From: Acidobacteriota bacterium
GTDB taxonomy: Bacteria; Acidobacteriota; Holophagae; Holophagales; Holophagaceae
DNA: 64,000 bases
Assembly (NCBI GenBank): GCA_016192145.1
Contig: JACPUT010000005.1
Coordinates: forward strand, 188,592-252,591
Direction of reading: 5' to 3'
A program made the translations under genes and the position numbers. A model generated the notes under the pieces. The model had not been told where the DNA came from and did not search any database. It saw only the letters and a list, made by a program, of their open reading frames with translations. Each line of letters starts with the position of its first letter. Position 1 is the first letter of the stretch. Below, in pieces: positions 15,302 through 22,974 of this stretch.

Positions 15302-16642
15302 ATGAACCATCGACTCCTCCCTTCCCTGGCTGCCCTGCCCCTGCTGGCGGCGCCCCTGGCTTCGCACCCGGGAACGCAGGCGTCCCCGGGTACCTATGGG
15401 CAGGACCTCTCCCTACCCGAGGCCCTGCGTTCCGCCTGGTCCAAACAGTCCGGCCTCCAAGCCGGCCAGGCCCTGGTGGATCGGGCCCGCCTGGATTCCG
15501 AAGCCGCTTCCGCGATGCTCCTGCCGACGCTACAGGCCCAAGCGGGCTGGATGCGCACCGATGAGCCCATGATGGCCTTCGGTATGAAGCTGAACCAGGC
15601 GCGCATCCAGGCCTCGGACTTCAACCCCGCCTCCCTCAACCACCCCGAGGCCGTGAGCGGGCTCGGCGGCAGCCTCACGCTGCAGCAGCCCCTCTACGCG
15701 GGCGGCCGCATCACGGCCGCCCGCAAGGCGACCAGCGCCCTGGCTTCGGCCGAAGCCGCCCAGCAGGCCCACCGCAAGCAGCAGGTGGCCCTCGCCGTGG
15801 TGCAGGCCTACTTCGGCGCCCAAGCTGCCGCTGCAGGCGTCACCTACGCCGAGGACACCCTCAAGACGGCCCAGGGCACCGAGGCCTTCGTCGCCGCCCG
15901 CGTGGAGCAGGGCCTCATGCTCAAGGCCGACCTGGCCCGCGTGAAGGCCTGGCGTGCCCAAGCCGAAGCGGGCCTCGCCGATGCCCGCCGCCAGGAGGCC
16001 AGCGCTCGTTCCGGCCTCGCCCTTCTCATGGGCGCCGCCGCGCCCGCCACGCTCAGCACCTCCCTGGAGGCCCCCGTCGGCACCGGCGCCGCCCCCAGCC
16101 AGCGGGCGGATTTGCGTGCCGCGAGCTTCCAGACCGATGCCGCCCGGGCCTACGCCCAGGCCGTGGGGGGCAGCCTCAAACCCGAAGTTGGGCTGAACCT
16201 TTCGGTGGGCACCGCCCGGGAAACCTTCGGCGCCACGGGTGGCACCTGGACCACCGCCTCCATCGGCGCCAAGTGGACCTTCGCCTTTGGCGACACCAAG
16301 AAGACCCAGGCCGCCCGCGCCGGAGCCCGCGCCGCCGAGCTGGCTCAGCGATGGCAGCAGGCCCAGGCCGCCCGCGATACCACCGAAGCTGAAGGCACCG
16401 TCACCACCGCCGAGGCCAAGGTGCACGCCGCCACCGAAGGCCTCGCCGCCGCGGAAGAAGCGCGAGAGCTGCGTCAGGCCCGCCACCGCGAAGGGCTCCT
16501 ACCCCTCACCGAGTTGTTGGATGCCGAGAGTGCCCTCGCCGGCGCCCGCGCTTTCCGTCTCGCCACCTTACTGGAATTGCGCACCGCCCATGCCCAGCGC
16601 GCCCTCGCCCTTGGAACGCCCATCGAAGGAGTGACCGAATGA
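15302..16642 (+). CDS. TolC-family outer-membrane efflux protein
   Basis: It has a signal peptide and an Ala/Gln-rich two-repeat alpha-helical architecture. An ATGA overlap links it to the downstream adaptor gene. Confidence 0.8.
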   Translation: MNHRLLPSLAALPLLAAPLASHPGTQASPGTYGQDLSLPEALRSAWSKQSGLQAGQALVDRARLDSEAASAMLLPTLQAQAGWMRTDEPMMAFGMKLNQARIQASDFNPASLNHPEAVSGLGGSLTLQQPLYAGGRITAARKATSALASAEAAQQAHRKQQVALAVVQAYFGAQAAAAGVTYAEDTLKTAQGTEAFVAARVEQGLMLKADLARVKAWRAQAEAGLADARRQEASARSGLALLMGAAAPATLSTSLEAPVGTGAAPSQRADLRAASFQTDAARAYAQAVGGSLKPEVGLNLSVGTARETFGATGGTWTTASIGAKWTFAFGDTKKTQAARAGARAAELAQRWQQAQAARDTTEAEGTVTTAEAKVHAATEGLAAAEEARELRQARHREGLLPLTELLDAESALAGARAFRLATLLELRTAHAQRALALGTPIEGVTE

Positions 16643-17649
16643 ACGCCCAGACCTTGATCCCCACCACGGCCCTTCTCCTCGGCGCCTTGGCCTGCAGCAA
16701 GGCCGAGCCCAAGCAGGCCCCCGTACTACCCACCGCCGCCGTGCGCCTCGTGGCCGCCACCGGCTCCAGCCAGGATGGCTGGGTGCCCGCCAGCCTGAAC
16801 AAGGCCGATCAGGCCACCCTCAGCACCCGCCTCGCGGGAACCGTGAAGCAGGTCCACGTCTCCGAGGGGGCCCGCGTGTCCGCTGGCCAGCTCCTTCTGG
16901 AGCTGGAGGCCGGGGATCTCCTGGGCCAGCTCAAGGCCGCCGAGAGCGCCCGCGATGCCGCCAGCGCCCACTACATGCGCATCCAGAACCTCCAGGCCAA
17001 GGGCGCCTCCACCCCCAGCGAACTGGAGATGGCCGCCGCCAACAAGGCCGCCGCCGAAGGCGCCGTGGCGGGCGTAAAGGGGCAGCTAGCCTTCGCTCAG
17101 ATCCGCGCCCCCTTCGCCGGCACCGTGCAGCGCCGTGATGTCCAGCTTGGCGCCTTCGTGGGTCCCGGCCAGCCCCTGATCACGTTGGAAGGCACGGGCG
17201 CCGCAGAACTCACTGCCAGCCTCTCCGAAGGCGAAGCCAACCAGCTCAAGGTGGGCCGCAAGGTGCCCTTCGAGGTGGACGGCCGCAAGGGCGAAGCCCA
17301 GATCACGGCCTTGGCCGTGGGCGGCGATCCCCTCACCCACCGCCGTGCCCTGCGTGCCAAGGTGCTGAGCCCCGCGGGTCTCGCCGGCGGCGCCTTCGCC
17401 CGCATTCAGGTGCCGGGTGCGAAGGGTTCCAACCCTGTTTCCGTCCCCCTCTCCGCGCTGTGCCAGCGCGGAGAATTGAATGGCGTGTTCGTGGCCGAAG
17501 GGGGGAAGGCCCACCTGCGTTGGCTCTCTCTTGGAGAGCGGATGGGTTCGGCCGTGGAGGTCCGCGCCGGCCTCAATCCCGGCGAGTCCGTCATCGCCGA
17601 TCCCACGAATCTCAAGGACGGCCAGCCCATCGTCGTCCAGCCCAAATGA
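16639..17649 (+). CDS. RND efflux periplasmic adaptor (membrane fusion protein)
   Basis: Lipoprotein-like N terminus (LGALACS), a lipoyl/barrel-sandwich hairpin pattern, and a location between the TolC-like and RND genes. Confidence 0.85.
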   Translation: MNAQTLIPTTALLLGALACSKAEPKQAPVLPTAAVRLVAATGSSQDGWVPASLNKADQATLSTRLAGTVKQVHVSEGARVSAGQLLLELEAGDLLGQLKAAESARDAASAHYMRIQNLQAKGASTPSELEMAAANKAAAEGAVAGVKGQLAFAQIRAPFAGTVQRRDVQLGAFVGPGQPLITLEGTGAAELTASLSEGEANQLKVGRKVPFEVDGRKGEAQITALAVGGDPLTHRRALRAKVLSPAGLAGGAFARIQVPGAKGSNPVSVPLSALCQRGELNGVFVAEGGKAHLRWLSLGERMGSAVEVRAGLNPGESVIADPTNLKDGQPIVVQPK

Positions 17650-17673
17650 TCCCGACCCCAGTTCTGTTCACAG

Positions 17674-17704
17674 CTCATTTCCGGCGCGCAGCGCCGGAAA
17701 TGAG
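17674..17704 (+). other. Perfect 13-14-bp intercistronic stem-loop between the adaptor and RND genes
   Basis: ctcatttccggcg-cgcag-cgccggaaatgag, read directly. No T-tract follows, and it lies 16 nt upstream of the RND start codon. Confidence 0.7.
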
Positions 17705-17719
17705 GGATGACGAGGTGCA

Positions 17720-20700
17720 ATGATGGAACCCAATCTCAAACTCGCGGGCCGGCTCGCCAAGGGCTTCCTGCGCAGCAAGCTCACGCCCCTCCTCGTCTTC
17801 GCCAGCATCCTGCTGGGCGTGCTCGCCGTGGTGCTCACGCCCCGCGAAGAGGAGCCCCAGATCGTCGTGCCCATGGTGGACCTCTACGTCCCCTTCCCCG
17901 GCGCCTCGCCCAAGGAAGTGGAGAGCCAGGTCACGACGCCCCTGGAAAAGCGCCTCTGGGGGATCCCCGGCGTGGAGTACCTCTACAGCGTCTCCCGCCC
18001 CGGCCTCTCCCTCATCACCGTTCGCTTCAAGGTGAATGAACCCCAGGAGGAGAGCCTGGTGAAGGTGCACCAGGAGCTCATGGCCAACGCCGACCTCCTG
18101 CCTTCGGGTGCCATGAAGCCCGTGGCCAAGCTCCTCACCATCGACGACGTGCCCTTCCTCACCCTCACGCTCCACGGCGAGAAGGACACGCCCGGCCAGC
18201 TCCGCACGCTGGGCGAGGCCCTCAGCCGCGAGCTCGCCACCGTGCCCGACACGGCCCAGGTGAAGGTGGTGGGCGGTGCCAAGCGCCAGGTCCGCATCGA
18301 GCCCGATCCCGCCAAGCTGCGGTCCCTGGGCATGTCCCTGGGCGAGCTGATGCCCGCCCTCCAGAGCGCCGAGGCTCAACTGCCCTCCGGAAACTTGGTG
18401 GCAAATAATCGGAGCACCACGGTGGAAGCCAGCGGCTTCCTGGCGGAAGCCACTGAGTTGAAAAGGTTGGTGGTCGGCGTCCGCAACGGCCGCCCCATCT
18501 ACCTCGCCGATGTGGCGCGGATCAGCGACGCCCCCGAATCCGAACCCACCTTGTCCTTCTACGGTGAAAACGGCACGTTTTCACCGAGCGTGACGGTCAC
18601 CTTGTCGAAGCGCAAGGGGACGAACGCCACGCACCTCTCCGAGGTCGTGCTGGCCAAAGTGGAGGCCCTCAAGGGCTCCCTCATCCCCGGCGACGTGCAG
18701 CTCACGGTCACCCGCAACTACGGCGAGACCGCCGGCGAGAAGAGCAACGAGCTCATCGAACACCTGCTCATCGCCACCCTCAGCGTCATCGCCCTCATCG
18801 GGCTGGCCATGGGCTGGCGCTCGGCGGCCGTGGTGGGCATCGCCGTGCCCGTGACGCTCGCCCTCACGCTGCTGCTTACCTACCTTTTCGGTTACACCCT
18901 CAATCGGGTTACGCTCTTCGCGCTCATCTTCTCCATCGGCATCCTGGTGGATGACGCCATCGTCGTGGTGGAGAACATCCACCGCCACCTCCACCTGCCC
19001 GGCCCCCGCAAGCCCTTCGCCCAGCTGGTGGTGGAGGCCGTGGACGAGGTGGGCAACCCCACCATCCTCGCGACGTTTGCCGTCATCGCCGCCATCCTGC
19101 CCATGGCCTTCGTGCGCGGCCTCATGGGCCCCTACATGCGGCCCATCCCCGTGGGCGCCAGCCTGGCCATGATCTTCAGCCTGGTCATCGCCTTCGTGAT
19201 CTCCCCCTGGGCCTCCCTCATCATCTTCAAGAAGGAAGCGAACCTGCCCGAGGTGGATGAGAGCGGCCTGCACCCTGCCACCACGCGCACGGCCATCCCC
19301 CAGGCCCCGGATCACACGGAAGCCGACGAGCCTGAGAGCTGGTCTACCCGCGTGTACCGCAAGGTCATGCACGCCCTGCTCACCCAGGCCAAGGTGCGAT
19401 GGGGCTTCTTCGTGGGCGTCGTCATCCTCCTGGGCGCCTCCATGTCCCTGGTGGGCATCGGCGCCGTGAAGGTGAAGATGCTGCCCTTCGACAACAAGTC
19501 CGAGTTCATGGTGCAGTTGGACCTCCCCGCGGGCACGCCCCGGGAGGCCAGCCTCGCCCTGGGCCAGTCCGTGGCCCGGCGCCTCATGCAGGAGGCCGTG
19601 GTTAAGGATGTGCAGGTGTACGCTGGCGAGGCCGCGCCCTTCACCTTCGTGGGCATGGTGCGCCACTCCTTCCTGCGCGCCGAAACCGAAATGGTGGACG
19701 TGCAGGTGAACCTGGTGCCCAAGGGCGATCGCAAGGAGCAGAGCCACGCCATCGCCACGCGGCTGCGGCCCGAGCTGCTCAAGCTCACCGCCAACACGGG
19801 CGCCCGATTTAAGATCGTGGAGATCCCCCCCGGGCCTCCCGTCATGGACACGCTGGTCGCCGAAGTCTACGGCCCTACCGAGGAAGCCCGCCGCGCCACC
19901 GCCGAGCAGGTACGCAAAGCCTTCAATGAGGTGGAGGGCGTGGTGGACGTGGACAGCACCCTGAACCCCACGAATCCCAAGGTCGGCCTGAAGCTGGACC
20001 GGGAGAAGGCCGCCCTCCACGGCGTCGCCCCCGCCCACGTGATGCAGACGCTTTTCGCGGCGGGTCAGGGCATGCCCCTGGGCACCTTCCACGTGGATCG
20101 CGGCGCCACCCAGGTGCCCGTGATCCTCCAGCTCCCCAAGGAGCAGCGCAGCCGCCTCAATCAGCTCCTGCAGCTCACGGTCCCCGGCCAGCGTGGCGCC
20201 GTGCCCCTCTCGGAACTGGTGACGGTGGTGGACGGCCTCGAGGCCCCCACCCTCCACCACAAGAACCTCATGCCCGTGTCCTACGTGTTCGGTGACCTGG
20301 CCGGCACCATCGAGAGCCCCGTCTACGCGCTCTCGGCCCTCAACACGAAGCTGGATGCCCTCAAGAACCCCGATGGCACCGTGGTGCCCCGGCTGGGCCT
20401 CTCGCACCCCGACAACACCGAAGCGCTGGCCCTGAAGTGGGATGGCGAGTGGCACATCACCCTCGAGGTGTTCCGGGATCTGGGCCTCGCCTTCGCGGCC
20501 GTGCTCGTGCTGATCTACGTCCTCGTGGTGGGCTGGTTCGAGAGCTTCACGGTGCCCCTCGTGATCCTCGTGCCCATCCCCCTCTCCCTGATCGGCATTC
20601 TGCCCGCCCACGGCCTGCTGGGCTCCTTCTTCACGGCCACGAGCATGATCGGCTTCATCGCCGGGGCCGGCATCATCGTGCGCAACAGCATCATCCTCGT

Positions 20701-21001
20701 GGACTTCATCGAGCTGAAGCTCGCCGAAGGCATGGCGCTCGAAGCCGCCGTGGAGGAGGCCGGCGTGGTGCGCTTCCGCCCCATGCTGCTTACCGCCGCC
20801 GCCGTGCTGGTGGGTTCCTCCGTGATGTTGGCGGATCCCATTTTCCAGGGCCTCGCCATCAGCCTCATGGCCGGCGAAGTGGCCGCCACGCTGCTCTCCC
20901 GTCTCGCCGTACCCGTCCTCTACTACCTGCTCGCCCGCCGGGGCCGCGCCGCGGATCTCCAGCGCCGCGCCCTCACCTCCTCCACCCTCACCCAGGAGTA
21001 A
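17720..21001 (+). CDS. RND efflux transporter permease (AcrB-like, HAE-type TM4 motif)
   Basis: It is 1093 aa with the 12-TM, two-large-loop layout. The TM4 motif SIGILVDDAIVVVEN carries the Asp-Asp pair seen in AcrB-type pumps rather than CzcA or CusA types. Confidence 0.95.
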   Translation: MMEPNLKLAGRLAKGFLRSKLTPLLVFASILLGVLAVVLTPREEEPQIVVPMVDLYVPFPGASPKEVESQVTTPLEKRLWGIPGVEYLYSVSRPGLSLITVRFKVNEPQEESLVKVHQELMANADLLPSGAMKPVAKLLTIDDVPFLTLTLHGEKDTPGQLRTLGEALSRELATVPDTAQVKVVGGAKRQVRIEPDPAKLRSLGMSLGELMPALQSAEAQLPSGNLVANNRSTTVEASGFLAEATELKRLVVGVRNGRPIYLADVARISDAPESEPTLSFYGENGTFSPSVTVTLSKRKGTNATHLSEVVLAKVEALKGSLIPGDVQLTVTRNYGETAGEKSNELIEHLLIATLSVIALIGLAMGWRSAAVVGIAVPVTLALTLLLTYLFGYTLNRVTLFALIFSIGILVDDAIVVVENIHRHLHLPGPRKPFAQLVVEAVDEVGNPTILATFAVIAAILPMAFVRGLMGPYMRPIPVGASLAMIFSLVIAFVISPWASLIIFKKEANLPEVDESGLHPATTRTAIPQAPDHTEADEPESWSTRVYRKVMHALLTQAKVRWGFFVGVVILLGASMSLVGIGAVKVKMLPFDNKSEFMVQLDLPAGTPREASLALGQSVARRLMQEAVVKDVQVYAGEAAPFTFVGMVRHSFLRAETEMVDVQVNLVPKGDRKEQSHAIATRLRPELLKLTANTGARFKIVEIPPGPPVMDTLVAEVYGPTEEARRATAEQVRKAFNEVEGVVDVDSTLNPTNPKVGLKLDREKAALHGVAPAHVMQTLFAAGQGMPLGTFHVDRGATQVPVILQLPKEQRSRLNQLLQLTVPGQRGAVPLSELVTVVDGLEAPTLHHKNLMPVSYVFGDLAGTIESPVYALSALNTKLDALKNPDGTVVPRLGLSHPDNTEALALKWDGEWHITLEVFRDLGLAFAAVLVLIYVLVVGWFESFTVPLVILVPIPLSLIGILPAHGLLGSFFTATSMIGFIAGAGIIVRNSIILVDFIELKLAEGMALEAAVEEAGVVRFRPMLLTAAAVLVGSSVMLADPIFQGLAISLMAGEVAATLLSRLAVPVLYYLLARRGRAADLQRRALTSSTLTQE

Positions 21002-21004
21002 TCC

Positions 21005-21214
21005 ATGTCCATCGACCGCATCGTCCACTCCGCCGCCGGCACCATGATCCTCGCCAGCCTCGCCCTCACCCGCTGGGTGCATCCCAACTTCGTGTGGCTC
21101 ACGGTCTTCGTGGGCGCCAACCTCCTCCAGAGCGGCATCACCAATTGGTGCCTGCTGAGCCGCATCCTGCGCAAACTCGGCGTGGAAGACACCGGCGCCA
21201 CCTGCGGGCTCTGA
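21005..21214 (+). CDS. DUF2892 (YgaP-like two-TM) membrane protein
   Basis: It is 69 aa (RIVHSAAGTMILASLALT...FVGANLLQSGITNWC) and resembles the membrane domain found at the C terminus of rhodanese YgaP. It starts 3 nt after the RND stop. Confidence 0.7.
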   Translation: MSIDRIVHSAAGTMILASLALTRWVHPNFVWLTVFVGANLLQSGITNWCLLSRILRKLGVEDTGATCGL

Positions 21215-21222
21215 GGCACCCC

Positions 21223-21756
21223 ATGCGCACCCGCCCCTTCCTCCTCCTGCTGGCCTCCACCCTCGGGGCCCAGACTCCCGACCCCGCCCTCGTGGCCCGG
21301 GCGGAGGCCGCCCGGGGCGACCTGTTCGCCCGGCTCTCCGGCCGCCTGCAGGAAGTGATGAAGGCGAAGGGCCCGGCGGCGGCCGTGGAGGTCTGCCACG
21401 GCGAGGCCCCCGGCCTGGCGCAGGCTGTCGCCACCCAGCATGGCCTGCGCATCGGGCGCACTTCCTGGAAGCTCCGCAATCCCGGCAACACGGCCCCTGC
21501 CTGGGCCCGCGAAGCGGTGGCCGCGAAGCAGCCCAACGCTTCCTTCCACACCGCCCCGGATGGGGGCCTCCGGGCCCTCATGCCCATCCGCCTCGCCGAG
21601 GGCTGCCTCCGTTGCCATGGGGAGGAGTCCTCGCTGGATCCGGAGGTCCGCAAGGTCCTCCAGGACCGCTACCCCACCGATGAGGCCACCGGCTTCAAGG
21701 CCGGCGACCTGCGCGGCTGGTTCTGGGTGGAGATCCCGGGCGGAGCCAAGCCATGA
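21223..21756 (+). CDS. Secreted DUF3365/Tll0287-like c-type haem protein
   Basis: Start at 21223, with a signal peptide MRTRPFLLLLASTLGAQ and a single CxxCH motif (CLRCHG) near the C terminus, as in DUF3365 proteins. Confidence 0.65.
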   Translation: MRTRPFLLLLASTLGAQTPDPALVARAEAARGDLFARLSGRLQEVMKAKGPAAAVEVCHGEAPGLAQAVATQHGLRIGRTSWKLRNPGNTAPAWAREAVAAKQPNASFHTAPDGGLRALMPIRLAEGCLRCHGEESSLDPEVRKVLQDRYPTDEATGFKAGDLRGWFWVEIPGGAKP

Positions 21757-21932
21757 GCCCCTTCCTGCGCACCGCCCTGGGCATAGCCGCCGGCGCGGCC
21801 CTGGGTTATGGCTGGTACCGCCTTGTGGGCTGCCGCACCGGCACCTGTCCCCTCACGGCCACGCCCCTGCGTTCCCTGCTTTACGGGGCCTTCATGGGCC
21901 TGGTGGCCACCTGGCCGACCTCACCGAAGTAA
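21753..21932 (+). CDS. 59-aa two-TM protein with GCxxGxC motif (DUF6132-like); absent from the supplied ORF track
   Basis: I translated it by hand: MSPFLRTALGIAAGAALGYGWYRLVGCRTGTCPLTATPLRSLLYGAFMGLVATWPTSPK. Its ATG overlaps the upstream stop (ATGA), which suggests translational coupling. Confidence 0.55.
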   Translation: MSPFLRTALGIAAGAALGYGWYRLVGCRTGTCPLTATPLRSLLYGAFMGLVATWPTSPK

Positions 21933-21957
21933 GGGGGGATCGAGCGAAGTTTCCTGG

Positions 21958-21985
21958 TTGACAATTTAATCAACTAAATTACTAT
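21958..21985 (+). promoter_or_regulatory. Sigma-70-type promoter of the thioredoxin-rhodanese operon
   Basis: TTGACA (21958-21963), a 16-nt spacer, then TACTAT (21980-21985). It lies in an AT-rich patch 45 nt upstream of the trx ATG. Confidence 0.55.
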
Positions 21986-22029
21986 TTGGTTATTCAGCGT
22001 AGATCGCTGGTTCCCCCGGGGACTCCACC

Positions 22030-22353
22030 ATGTCGAACGTGATCCACCTCTCCACCGCGGCCTTCCCCAAGGTGAAGGCCCTCGGCCAGCCTGTGCTCAT
22101 CGACTTCTGGGCCCCTTGGTGCGGGCCCTGCCGCCAGCAATCCCCCATCCTCGACCAGGTGGCCTCCCACCTCGGAGAGCGGGCCATCGTCGCCAAGGTC
22201 AACGTGGATGAGGAACCGGAATTGGCCGCCGCCTTCGGCGTCCAGAGCATCCCCACCCTCGTCGTCCTGAAGGGGGAAACCCTCGTCCAGCGCATGGTGG
22301 GTGTCCAGCAGGCCACCACCCTGGTGCGCGCCCTCGAAGCCGTGGAGTCCTGA
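22030..22353 (+). CDS. trxA: Thioredoxin
   Basis: WAPWCGPC active site in a 107-aa protein. Confidence 0.9.
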   Translation: MSNVIHLSTAAFPKVKALGQPVLIDFWAPWCGPCRQQSPILDQVASHLGERAIVAKVNVDEEPELAAAFGVQSIPTLVVLKGETLVQRMVGVQQATTLVRALEAVES

Positions 22354-22590
22354 ATGCAGATCATCGACGTACGCACCCCCAGCGAGTTCCAAGGTGGCCA
22401 CGCCCCCGGGAGCCGGAACATCCCCCTGGACCAGCTCGAAGCCCGGATCTCCGAACTGGACAGGAGCCGCCCCGTGATCCTCTGCTGCGCCACGGGCTCC
22501 CGCAGCGGCATGGCCACGCGCTGGCTGCGGTCCCTCGGCTACGACGCCACCAACGCCGGTTCCTGGGCGTCGGTGGTCATCGCCTCCTGA
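22354..22590 (+). CDS. Single-domain rhodanese-like sulfurtransferase
   Basis: IIDVRTPSEFQGGHAPGSRNIPL plus the active-site loop CCATGSRS. The ATG immediately follows the trx stop codon. Confidence 0.85.
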   Translation: MQIIDVRTPSEFQGGHAPGSRNIPLDQLEARISELDRSRPVILCCATGSRSGMATRWLRSLGYDATNAGSWASVVIAS

Positions 22591-22609
22591 ACCCCCTGGA
22601 ACCCCGACC

Positions 22610-22951
22610 ATGAATGACCTCCTCTGGCTCCTTCCGCTCGCCCTGTTCGGCTTCCTCTGGTGGCGCGGCCGGGGGGCCTCTCCCGACCAGCTCAAGGCCC
22701 TGATGGCCCGCGATGCCCAGCGCGTCGACGTGCGCACGGCGGGTGAGTTCGCCGCCGGCCACGCCAGCGGCACCGTGAACATCCCCCTCGATCAGCTGGC
22801 CCGGCGCACCGCCGAACTGGACAAGGCCCGCCCCGTGCTCCTCTGCTGCGCCAGCGGCTCCCGCAGCGCCATGGCCGCGAATCTCCTCAAGGCCCAGGGC
22901 TTCGAAGCCGTGAATGCGGGGCCCTGGGGCAAATTGCTGAACTTGGCCTGA
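22610..22951 (+). CDS. Membrane-anchored rhodanese-like sulfurtransferase
   Basis: An N-terminal TM helix (LLWLLPLALFGFLWW) followed by RVDVRTAGEFAAGHASGTVNIPL and the loop CCASGSRS. Confidence 0.85.
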   Translation: MNDLLWLLPLALFGFLWWRGRGASPDQLKALMARDAQRVDVRTAGEFAAGHASGTVNIPLDQLARRTAELDKARPVLLCCASGSRSAMAANLLKAQGFEAVNAGPWGKLLNLA

Positions 22952-22974
22952 GCCTTCCGCCCTTTCCGTTCCCT

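Noticed and set aside
18581-21082. An 833-aa minus-strand ORF.
   Set aside because: It is antisense to the RND pump gene, has low-complexity G/H/E/A-rich composition, and crosses the pump/DUF2892 gene boundary. I treat it as a GC-skew artefact.
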